NCBI GenBank assembly: GCA_963697405.1
Contig: CAVONY010000029.1
Span: forward strand, 42,847 to 106,846
Direction: 5' to 3'
Length of the DNA stretch: 64,000 bases
Source: an uncultured delta proteobacterium
GTDB taxonomy: Bacteria > Desulfobacterota > Desulfobacteria > Desulfobacterales > Desulfosarcinaceae
Part shown: positions 20,270 through 28,290 of the stretch, one piece after another
Position numbering within the stretch: position 1 is the first letter of the stretch
Layout: each line of letters opens with the position of its first letter
Notes under the pieces: model-generated
What the model was told of the DNA's origin: nothing
Database searches by the model: none
What the model saw: only the letters and a program-made list of their open reading frames with translations
Program-made: the position numbers and the translations under genes

Positions 20270-21622
20270 ATGCAACAGGATAGACAAAAAATTCTGACCA
20301 TCAGCGTCAAACGCCTGTTGCGGCGGGGCGCCAGCAGCCGGCTTCACAAAATCGTCAACAAAACCCACGGCGCGGATATTTCCATCCTGTTCAGGAGCCT
20401 GCCGCTCCAGGATCAACGGCTGCTGTTCGACATGATTGAAGATGTTGAGCAAAAGGGGATTGTCTTCAGCGAGTTGGATGAAGATCTCTTTGTCGAACTC
20501 ATCGACGGCATGGATCCGGATGAAGTCGTGGCCATCTTGGAAGACATGTCCAACGATGACGTCGCCGACCTGCTGAATCAACTCCCCGATGAGACCGCCA
20601 GCACCCTGCTCAAGCGTATGAAGAAAGAGGGATCCGATGAGGTCGAAGACCTCATGCGATTCGAAGACGATACCGCTGGTGGTATCATGAACCCGGACTT
20701 TATCGCCCTGAACCAGGAGATTACCGCCAAAGAGGCCATCGAGCGAATCCAGAAAGAGTTTGCCGATGTCGAGATGCCCTTTTATCTCTACGCGGTGGAC
20801 GAATACGGCAACCTGGTGGGTGTCTGTTCCCTGCGGCAGCTGGTGGTGGTCAAACCCCAGACGCCCTTGAAATCCTTCATGGCCACCGATGTCCTTTCCG
20901 TGCAGACGCACATGGACCAGGAGGAAGTGGCCAAACTGGTCGCCCGCTACGACATCCTGGCCGTTCCGGTGGTGGACGAGGGCAACCGGCTGGTAGGAAT
21001 CGTCACCGTGGACGATGTCATCGATATTTTCCGCGAGGAGGCGACCGAGGACATCCTCAAGATGGCCGGTGTAGGCGAAGAGTTCGTTGAGACCAAAAGC
21101 ATCCTCAAAAGCACAAGGATCCGCCTGCCCTGGCTCTTTGCCAGCTGCCTGGGCGGGATATTCGCTTTTTACGTCATCGGCCAATTCGAGGAGAGTCTGA
21201 CCAGGGTGACCTACCTGGCCGCCTTCATCCCGGTGATTATGGGCATGGGCGGCAATATCGGCACCCAGTCCTCCACCATCGTGGTGCGTGGACTGGCCAC
21301 CGGCCGGCTCAATATCCGCGACATCGGTTCGGTGGTGGGTAAAGAACTGAGCGTAGGATTGATCCTTGGCCTCGTCTACGGTCTGCTCATCGGGTCGGTG
21401 GCCCAGTTGCAGTACAGCACCATCATGCTGGCGCTGGCGGTCTGCCTGGCGGTCATCTGTTCGATGTCCGTGGCCGCTCTGGTGGGATCATGCGTGCCCA
21501 TGCTGCTGGCACGGATCAATATCGATCCAGCCGTTGCCACCGGTCCATTCGTGACCACCGCCGTCGATATCATCAGCGTCTACTTTTACTTTACCATCGC
21601 AACCAGATTTCTCGGCGTCTGA
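20270..21622 (+). CDS. mgtE: Magnesium transporter MgtE
   Basis: MgtE N-domain, a tandem CBS pair and a C-terminal membrane domain with GMGGNIGTQSS. Confidence 0.93.
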   Translation: MQQDRQKILTISVKRLLRRGASSRLHKIVNKTHGADISILFRSLPLQDQRLLFDMIEDVEQKGIVFSELDEDLFVELIDGMDPDEVVAILEDMSNDDVADLLNQLPDETASTLLKRMKKEGSDEVEDLMRFEDDTAGGIMNPDFIALNQEITAKEAIERIQKEFADVEMPFYLYAVDEYGNLVGVCSLRQLVVVKPQTPLKSFMATDVLSVQTHMDQEEVAKLVARYDILAVPVVDEGNRLVGIVTVDDVIDIFREEATEDILKMAGVGEEFVETKSILKSTRIRLPWLFASCLGGIFAFYVIGQFEESLTRVTYLAAFIPVIMGMGGNIGTQSSTIVVRGLATGRLNIRDIGSVVGKELSVGLILGLVYGLLIGSVAQLQYSTIMLALAVCLAVICSMSVAALVGSCVPMLLARINIDPAVATGPFVTTAVDIISVYFYFTIATRFLGV

Positions 21623-21626
21623 GATC

Positions 21627-22415
21627 ATGGCCAGTCTGAACACACCCGCCATCCTGCTCCGTCGCATCGAGTTTGGCGATTTCGACCTCATCGTCACCCT
21701 GTTCACCCAGGCACAGGGAAAGACCAGTGCCATTGCCAAATCCGCTAAAAAGAGCGTCAAACGATTTTCCGGGGTACTGGAACCCTTTTCCCGGCTCAAC
21801 GTGGTGTTGGCCCAAGGCCGGGGCAAAGGCATGCCGGTGCTCCAGGAGGCCTCTCTGGAAGATCCGTTTTTCAAGATCCGTGAAGATATCATTAAAACCG
21901 TCTATGCCAGCTACTGGTCGGAATTGATTTACCTGTGGATGGCCGAGGGAGAACCCCAGGAGCCACTATACCGACTGATGTCGCATGTGCTGGCCGAACT
22001 CAACCGGGGAGAGACGCCCGTGGAAGTGCTCAGCATCCTGTTTCAGATGCGCTTTTTATCACTGGCTGGATTTCGTCCCAATTTCGACCACTGCCACACC
22101 TGCAAAACCTGCCTGGACCAGATCCGGCATGCGTCGGTGGTCTCGGATCCCTCCAAAGGGGGGATTGCCTGCCCGACTTGCGGGATCCCCACCAACGGCC
22201 GGCTGAAGATCTCCAAAGGCACGTTGAAGCAGCTCATGTGGACCGACACCGGGAACCTGGAGCGGGCCGCCCGGGTCCGGTTTGCGCCCACGGCCATCTC
22301 CGAGGGGATGAAATTTCTGGAAGCCTTCGTTCCCTTTCACATCGGCAAATCCCCCAAAAGCCTTAAGGTACTTCGGGCTATCAGGAAATCAATGGGTGGC
22401 AGGGCAACGACTTAA
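21627..22415 (+). CDS. recO: DNA repair protein RecO
   Basis: N-terminal OB-fold pattern (AILLRRIEFGDFDLIVTLFT) and a C-terminal CxxC...CxxC zinc motif (CHTC...CPTC). Confidence 0.85.
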   Translation: MASLNTPAILLRRIEFGDFDLIVTLFTQAQGKTSAIAKSAKKSVKRFSGVLEPFSRLNVVLAQGRGKGMPVLQEASLEDPFFKIREDIIKTVYASYWSELIYLWMAEGEPQEPLYRLMSHVLAELNRGETPVEVLSILFQMRFLSLAGFRPNFDHCHTCKTCLDQIRHASVVSDPSKGGIACPTCGIPTNGRLKISKGTLKQLMWTDTGNLERAARVRFAPTAISEGMKFLEAFVPFHIGKSPKSLKVLRAIRKSMGGRATT

Positions 22416-22446
22416 CACACTAATTTATCGTTCTAAATGGAAAATC

Positions 22447-23520
22447 ATGGCAACACGGACCAATGCAATGACACTGGGCAATATCGGGCCGCTGCTGGAC
22501 AGCCATCCCATCGACGCATCGGCGCCCTGTCGAATCGATTTCGGGGGGACGTTGGACATCAGCAGCTTTCATTATCCGCTGAGGCACTTGGCCCCATCGA
22601 CGGTTAATATCGCCCTGGATCGACGCACCGCCGTCAACCTGCGCCCGATCACCGGTAATCGGATACAGGTCTCATCAGCGGGCTTCGCCGACGCGGTATT
22701 CAACCCGTCAGACGCCCCCTACGATCATCCCCTGGGCCTCATGTTCGCCGTGGCTGACTATTTCGGCGCCAGGGGGGTTCACATACACATCCATTCCTCA
22801 TCACCGCCCAAAAGCGGGCTGGGGGGCTCGTCGGTGGCTGCCGTGGCCCTGATTGCCGCTTTTTCCAAGGCGCTGATTGCCTTGGGCAAAAAGGGAATCT
22901 CCCGTGACCGGATGGTGCTCCTGGCCCACGCCATCGAACAGAGCGTGGCTGGTGTGCCCTGCGGCCTCCAGGATCAGCTGGCCGCCGCTTTCGGCGGGGT
23001 CAACGCATGGACCTGGCCGGCAGATCCGGGCCAGACGCCGTTCTCCGGAAAACCTCTGTTGGAGGGGCAGGCGCTTCGGCGCCTGGACCGCCACCTGCTG
23101 GTGGCGTATTTAGGTGTCACCCATGTATCCAAGGATGTCAACCGGTCCTGGGTCAGACAGTTCATCAGCGGAAACGGCCGTAAAAACTGGCATGAGATCG
23201 TCCGCCTGACCCAGGATTTTGCCCGAGCGATCATCCGATGGGACATACAGGCAGCCGCCGAAGCCATGAACCAGGAGACGGCCATTCGAAAGGCCATGAC
23301 CCCACTGGTGTTAGACGACATGGGCGACCGGTTAGCGGCAGCCGCTTTCGAAGCCGGATGCGGTGCCCGGTTTACCGGGGCCGGAGGCGGTGGATGCCTG
23401 TGGGCCATCGGTGCAACCGATGCCATGGCAGCCCTGAAGCCGGTATGGGAAAAGGTGCTGTCAGGGCGGCCTACGGCTGGATTGCTCACCTGCGGTGTAG
23501 ACGCCAACGGAGTCATGTAA
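22447..23520 (+). CDS. GHMP-family sugar/small-molecule kinase
   Basis: GHMP motif PPKSGLGGSSVAAVALIAA and a C-terminal GAGGGG motif. The ATG at 22447 is preferred over 22396, which overlaps recO. Confidence 0.8.
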   Translation: MATRTNAMTLGNIGPLLDSHPIDASAPCRIDFGGTLDISSFHYPLRHLAPSTVNIALDRRTAVNLRPITGNRIQVSSAGFADAVFNPSDAPYDHPLGLMFAVADYFGARGVHIHIHSSSPPKSGLGGSSVAAVALIAAFSKALIALGKKGISRDRMVLLAHAIEQSVAGVPCGLQDQLAAAFGGVNAWTWPADPGQTPFSGKPLLEGQALRRLDRHLLVAYLGVTHVSKDVNRSWVRQFISGNGRKNWHEIVRLTQDFARAIIRWDIQAAAEAMNQETAIRKAMTPLVLDDMGDRLAAAAFEAGCGARFTGAGGGGCLWAIGATDAMAALKPVWEKVLSGRPTAGLLTCGVDANGVM

Positions 23521-23536
23521 ACGACCCCATTTGAGT

Positions 23537-23656
23537 GTCAACGGCCAAATTAAAAATGTCCAATGACGGATGTCGGCTTAAAGTAGATGAACCCAGCAAC
23601 TATCAATGACCGCGAAAGCGCGACCACCAGTTGACATTTTTGCTTTGGCCGTTGGC
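23537..23656 (+). other. Long-range inverted repeat (about 23 bp stem, 72-nt interior) in the spacer upstream of glyQ
   Basis: GTCAACGGCCAAATTAAAAATGTC (23537-23560) against GACATTTTTGCTTTGGCCGTTGGC (23633-23656). The imperfections are G-U compatible only on the + strand. Confidence 0.4.
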
Positions 23657-23808
23657 ATTGCCCTGAAGGCAAACCCGGGTCTTGTTAAACGCTATCGATA
23701 ATGCTACGTAGGTCGCTTATCAAACACCGTGTCATATCCGGGAATTTAAATCGATTATTAATTTTATCAACCGTTTGACTATCGATACGGACCGTCGAGG
23801 AAACGCGC

Positions 23809-24684
23809 ATGAATTTTCAGGATGTCATTCTCACATTGGACCGATTTTGGGGCCGTAAGGGTTGCGTGGTGGTTCAGCCCTATGATCAGGAAGTAGGCGC
23901 CGGAACCTTTCACCACCACACCACCTTGAAAGCATTGGGACCCGAGCCGTGGGATGTGGCTTACGTCCAGCCATCCCGGCGGCCCACCGACGGACGCTAC
24001 GGGGATAACCCCAACCGCCTTCAGCATTATTACCAGTACCAGGTGCTGCTCAAACCCTCCCCTACCAATGCTCAGCAGCTCTACCTGCAGAGCATGAAGG
24101 CCTTGGGCGTGGACCCGCTGGCGCACGACATCCGCTTCGTGGAAGACGACTGGGAGTCGCCCACCCTGGGCGCTTCCGGCTTGGGCTGGGAGGTGTGGTT
24201 GGACGGCATGGAGTGCACCCAGTTCACCTATTTTCAGCAGGCCTGCAGCATGGAGCTGTCGCCCATTTCAGTGGAGTTGACCTACGGTCTGGAGCGCATC
24301 GCCATGTACCTTCAGGGTGTCGACAACGTTTACGACCTGATGTGGAACGACACGGTCTCCTATCGACAGGTCCACCACCAGCAGGAGGTGGAGCAATCCA
24401 CCTACAACTTCGAAAAGGCCGACGTGAACATGCTGCTGGACCTGTTCAACCGTTATGAAGCCGAAGCCGGACGGATTATCGAAGCGGGGCTGGTGCTTCC
24501 GGCCTATGAATTCACCCTCAAGTGCAGCCACACCTTCAATCTGCTGGACGCACGCGGCGCCATCAGCGTCACCGAACGGACCGGTTACATCGCCCGGATC
24601 CGAAATCTGGCGCGGGCCTGCGGCATGGGCTACCTGAAGCAACGAGAAGCCATGGGCTTTCCGCTCTTGAAAAAAACAGCATGA
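23809..24684 (+). CDS. glyQ: Glycine--tRNA ligase alpha subunit
   Basis: [26 protein letters not shown]...[23 protein letters not shown] is canonical GlyQ. Confidence 0.97.
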   Translation: MNFQDVILTLDRFWGRKGCVVVQPYDQEVGAGTFHHHTTLKALGPEPWDVAYVQPSRRPTDGRYGDNPNRLQHYYQYQVLLKPSPTNAQQLYLQSMKALGVDPLAHDIRFVEDDWESPTLGASGLGWEVWLDGMECTQFTYFQQACSMELSPISVELTYGLERIAMYLQGVDNVYDLMWNDTVSYRQVHHQQEVEQSTYNFEKADVNMLLDLFNRYEAEAGRIIEAGLVLPAYEFTLKCSHTFNLLDARGAISVTERTGYIARIRNLARACGMGYLKQREAMGFPLLKKTA

Positions 24685-24745
24685 TTGATCGCCGGTGAAA
24701 CGGATTTGAACGAATATCGAACGTGAACGCGTGATCGAGGTGAAT

Positions 24746-26821
24746 ATGGATACCCTACTACTTGAAATCGGCGCCGAAGAGATCCCGGCAGGATACATCC
24801 AGCCGGCATTGGACGCCTTGGCCCAAAACCTGCTGAAACGGCTGGACGGGGCCCGCATCGGGCACGGGCAGGCCCGCACCTTTGGCACGCCCAGGCGACT
24901 GACCGTGACCGTCGATCAGGTGGCGCCCAAACAGGAAACCGTTACCGAAAATCTCATGGGCCCGCCGGAAAAAATCGCTTTCGACGATCATGGCAAACCC
25001 AGCGTGGCGGCGGTAAAATTCGCGGAAAAAGCCGGCGTTGCCGTCAAGCGCTTGAAAGTGGTCCAGACAGACAAAGGACGGTACCTGAGCGCCCGCAAAA
25101 CCAACCGCGGGCAGGCCACCGTCAAGCTGCTCAAAACCATCCTGCCCGAGGTAATCCTTGCCACCCCCTTTCCCAAGAGCATGCGCTGGGCAGACCTCTC
25201 GATTCAGTTCGCCCGACCCATCCAGAGCATCGTGGCACTGTATGGCACGCGGCTGGTTTCGTTTACCCTGGGCGGCCGGATCAAAAGTGGCCGCCAGGCA
25301 CTGGGCCACCTGTTCATGAGCCCGGGCAAGGTGACCATCTCCTCCCCGGAGGCCTACGTGCAGACAATGGCCTCGGTGAATGTGGTGGTCAATATCGCCG
25401 AGCGCAGGCAGATGACCGCAGCGGCCGTAATGGCTGCGGCGGCTGACATGGGTGGACGGGTGCTGCCGGATGAAGAACTGCTGGACATCGTCACCAATCT
25501 GGTGGAAACCCCCATCGCCACGGCAGGTCGGTTTGACCACATCTTCCTCGAGGTCCCCAAGGAGATTCTCATCACGGCCATGCGCGAACACCAGAAATAC
25601 TTCGCCGTGATCGACGCGACGAACAGGCTGATGCCCGGATTCATCGCCGTCAACAATACCCGAACCCGGAATATGGACCTGGTGGCCACCGGTCACGAGC
25701 GCGTCCTGCGCGCCCGGCTTTCCGATGCCCGCTATTTCTACACCGCCGACATCAAGGTACCCATGAAAGTCTGGGTGGAGAAACTCAAAGGCGTGCTCTT
25801 TCAAGCCAAGCTGGGCAGCATGTACGACAAGGTGATGCGCGTTAAAAGCATCGCCGGCTGGCTGGCCGATGCCGTCAATCCGGCTGAGAAAGAGAAGGTC
25901 ACCCGCGCGGCTTACCTGTGCAAGGCGGATCTGGTGAGCCAGGTGGTCGGGGAATTTGCCAAACTCCAGGGAATCATGGGGCGGATTTACGCCCAGGCGG
26001 CCGGTGAGGAGCCGGATGTGGCCACTGCCATCGAGGAGCATTACCGGCCCACCCACAGCGGCGGGCAACTGCCGGAGACTGAAACCGGCGCCCTGCTCTC
26101 CATCGCCGAAAAGATCGATTCCATCTGCGGATGCTTCGCCGTCGGCCTGATTCCTACCGGTGCGGCAGATCCCTACGCCCTCCGGCGCCAGGGCATCGGC
26201 ATCCTGCAGATTATGCGCAGCCGGAATATCAACGTGTCGCTTGCCGACCTGGTGGAAAAGGGGATATCCCAGTTCACCGACCAGCGCACCGAACCGACGG
26301 CTCAAATTGCGGACGCCGTCTTGACTTTCCTGAAAAACCGTCTCGCCCGTCTGCTGGCCGACGAGGGACGGTCCAAAGACATCATCGCCGCGGTAACCAG
26401 CGTCTCGTCGGACCGCATCCCCGATGTAGAACGACGGGTGGGTGCCCTGGAAAAACTCAAGGGTCAGCCGGGTTTCGAGCCCCTGGCCGCGGCATTCAAA
26501 CGCGTGGAGAACATCCTAAAAAAAGCCACGGAAACCGGCACCGCACCGGTCGACCCGGCCCTGTTCGCTCACGCCTCGGAAGGTGCTCTGCATGCCGCCT
26601 GCCAGACGGTAACGGCACAGGTGACCCGCCTCATGGGCCAGGGTGACCTGGACAGCGCACTGGACGCCATCGCCACCCTGCGTGATCCGGTGGACACCTT
26701 TTTCGACAAGGTCATGGTCATGGCGGACGAGGAGGTCATTCGCCGCAACCGACTGGCTCTGCTATCATCCATATCGGCCATTTTCGGACAGGTCGCCGAT
26801 TTCTCACAGATATCCACATGA
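24746..26821 (+). CDS. glyS: Glycine--tRNA ligase beta subunit
   Basis: MDTLLLEIGAEEIPAGY is the canonical GlyS N-terminus. GAGGTGAAT RBS before the ATG at 24746. Confidence 0.95.
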   Translation: MDTLLLEIGAEEIPAGYIQPALDALAQNLLKRLDGARIGHGQARTFGTPRRLTVTVDQVAPKQETVTENLMGPPEKIAFDDHGKPSVAAVKFAEKAGVAVKRLKVVQTDKGRYLSARKTNRGQATVKLLKTILPEVILATPFPKSMRWADLSIQFARPIQSIVALYGTRLVSFTLGGRIKSGRQALGHLFMSPGKVTISSPEAYVQTMASVNVVVNIAERRQMTAAAVMAAAADMGGRVLPDEELLDIVTNLVETPIATAGRFDHIFLEVPKEILITAMREHQKYFAVIDATNRLMPGFIAVNNTRTRNMDLVATGHERVLRARLSDARYFYTADIKVPMKVWVEKLKGVLFQAKLGSMYDKVMRVKSIAGWLADAVNPAEKEKVTRAAYLCKADLVSQVVGEFAKLQGIMGRIYAQAAGEEPDVATAIEEHYRPTHSGGQLPETETGALLSIAEKIDSICGCFAVGLIPTGAADPYALRRQGIGILQIMRSRNINVSLADLVEKGISQFTDQRTEPTAQIADAVLTFLKNRLARLLADEGRSKDIIAAVTSVSSDRIPDVERRVGALEKLKGQPGFEPLAAAFKRVENILKKATETGTAPVDPALFAHASEGALHAACQTVTAQVTRLMGQGDLDSALDAIATLRDPVDTFFDKVMVMADEEVIRRNRLALLSSISAIFGQVADFSQIST

Positions 26822-26865
26822 CCCGGACATGCCGGGTCATGTATGGTTTAGATATTGTAACTTGG

Positions 26866-26936
26866 AATTTATTTGAGATTTGGTTTTTGTATTTTGTTAT
26901 TTGTTTATGATTTGTTGTTTGTAATTTGTTATTTCC
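26866..26936. repeat. G/T-rich heptamer-periodic tract (NNNNTTG type)
   Basis: TTATTTG AGATTTG GTTTTTG TATTTTG TTATTTG TTTATGA TTTGTTG TTTGTAA TTTGTTA. Confidence 0.6.
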
Positions 26937-26960
26937 GGTCTATCCGGGTTAGGAGAAAAA

Positions 26961-27215
26961 ATGCCCTTTGATCCAAACAAAGACAAGGTGCTAAAAAAAT
27001 GGAAATGCCCGGAAACCGGGCTGTTGGTTACCATCAACCGCTACGATCAGGGGGAGGCCAAGGTGCAGATCGGCCCCCGTATCCTCAAGAAACAGGACGG
27101 CAGTGACCGAGCCCCGGCCAAGGCCGGCCGCCTGACCACCGAAGACATCCTCTGGCTGTATGACATCATGGATGAAATCAAGGACGAACTGACCGACCTG
27201 CAGCGACCGACCTGA
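26961..27215 (+). CDS. Small conserved-looking protein (84 aa), possibly YdbC/PC4-like
   Basis: AGGAGAAAAA RBS. INRYDQGEAKVQIGPR...AGRLTTEDILWL resembles the YdbC pattern LNRVSWN..PKYDIR...GKGITLSEEE, recalled from memory. Confidence 0.45.
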   Translation: MPFDPNKDKVLKKWKCPETGLLVTINRYDQGEAKVQIGPRILKKQDGSDRAPAKAGRLTTEDILWLYDIMDEIKDELTDLQRPT

Positions 27216-27355
27216 TCCGCTGAACCGCCAACTGCACCGGTCGGTTGGCGTGACTCGCACCGCCGCCGTACGATACATTACATTTCACAACCTCCAGAAC
27301 GAAAGCATATCTGCGGACCATTTCATTCTATATCCGAGGTGGACGTCCATGGTTC

Positions 27356-27441
27356 GAGATCATGCTTATGGCAAGGCCAGAGGGAGGAAGCTGTATAGGC
27401 ATACCGCGACGACCGATAACGCAGTCCACAAACATGATCTC
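27356..27441. ncRNA. Candidate structured RNA/repeat, copy 2: the same 54-nt core closed by a 16-bp stem of unrelated sequence
   Basis: GAGATCATGCTTATGG (27356-27371) against CCACAAACATGATCTC (27426-27441). Core at 27372-27425. Confidence 0.5.
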
Positions 27442-27453
27442 AAATTATAGACT

Positions 27454-28185
27454 ATGCCTGACCGCCGCGCTATCGTTAACCCCGTGAAAGGGAAGAAGCC
27501 GCCCGACACCGGCCCCTTGGCCATTATGGCGGCCACGGAGAGCGATCTGCGTCTGTTGGCGCGCCTGGCGGACACCCCGGTGGTGGCACAGCGCAAGCTT
27601 TACATGAGCAGCCTTCAGGTACATGCGGACGACCAGCGGCGATTCACCGTGGCCGGGCCGATGGTCGGGGCTCCCTATGCTGCCATGATCGTCGAAGCAT
27701 TGGGGGTCTGGGGGGTTGAATCGATCCTCTTTGTCGGCTGGTGTGGCGCCGTATCCCAACAGGTAAAAGCCGGCGACATCATCCTGCCGGACAGCGCCAT
27801 GGTCGACGAAGGCACGTCCGGCCATTACTGCGACCCATCATGCCGGGTGACCCTACCCGCTCGGCCACTGGTGCACCAGGTCCGGTTGGCCCTGCAAAAC
27901 GAGGGGGCCAGGTTCCACGAGGGCGCAGTCTGGACCACCGATGCCATCTTCCGCGAAACGGTTGAGAAGGTAAAACACTACCAGGCCAAAGGTGCCCTGG
28001 CCGTCGAAATGGAGTTGTCCGCCATTTTCACGGTGGCCGGATTTCGCGAAATGCAGGCCGCCGGTATCCTGGTGGTTTCCGATGAACTCTCTGATTATCA
28101 GTGGCGTCCGGGTTTCAACACCCCGGCATTTAAAATCGCCCGTGAGAATGCCTGCCGAGCGGCGTTAACAATTGCAGCCGGATAG
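27454..28185 (+). CDS. Nucleoside phosphorylase, PNP/UDP family 1
   Basis: LAVEMELSAIFTVA motif and a length of 243 aa are typical of DeoD/Udp-type phosphorylases. Substrate not assignable. Confidence 0.7.
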   Translation: MPDRRAIVNPVKGKKPPDTGPLAIMAATESDLRLLARLADTPVVAQRKLYMSSLQVHADDQRRFTVAGPMVGAPYAAMIVEALGVWGVESILFVGWCGAVSQQVKAGDIILPDSAMVDEGTSGHYCDPSCRVTLPARPLVHQVRLALQNEGARFHEGAVWTTDAIFRETVEKVKHYQAKGALAVEMELSAIFTVAGFREMQAAGILVVSDELSDYQWRPGFNTPAFKIARENACRAALTIAAG

Positions 28186-28242
28186 AGATTTCGGCTAAAG
28201 AGATAGATGTTCGCGCACCTTGATAAGATCGCTGGCCAACAA

Positions 28243-28286
28243 CCCCTTGGCCCCTTGAATCTTTGAACCCCGAACCCTGAACCGAG
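28243..28286. repeat. Short heptamer-periodic tract ending in GAACCCC GAACCCT GAACCGA just before the ligA ATG
   Basis: CCCTTGG CCCCTTG AATCTTT GAACCCC GAACCCT GAACCGA. The unit is the reverse complement of the GGGTTCT units at 57674. Confidence 0.45.
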
Positions 28287-28290
28287 AAAT

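Noticed and set aside
23520-23808. T-box leader for glyQS
   Set aside because: No T-box consensus (AATTAGAGTGGTACCGCG-like) or specifier-loop architecture is visible.
24758-26305. 515-aa minus-strand ORF opposite glyS
   Set aside because: It is antisense to glyS, and its composition (Gly/His/Asp/Arg-rich) is not protein-like. Shadow ORF.
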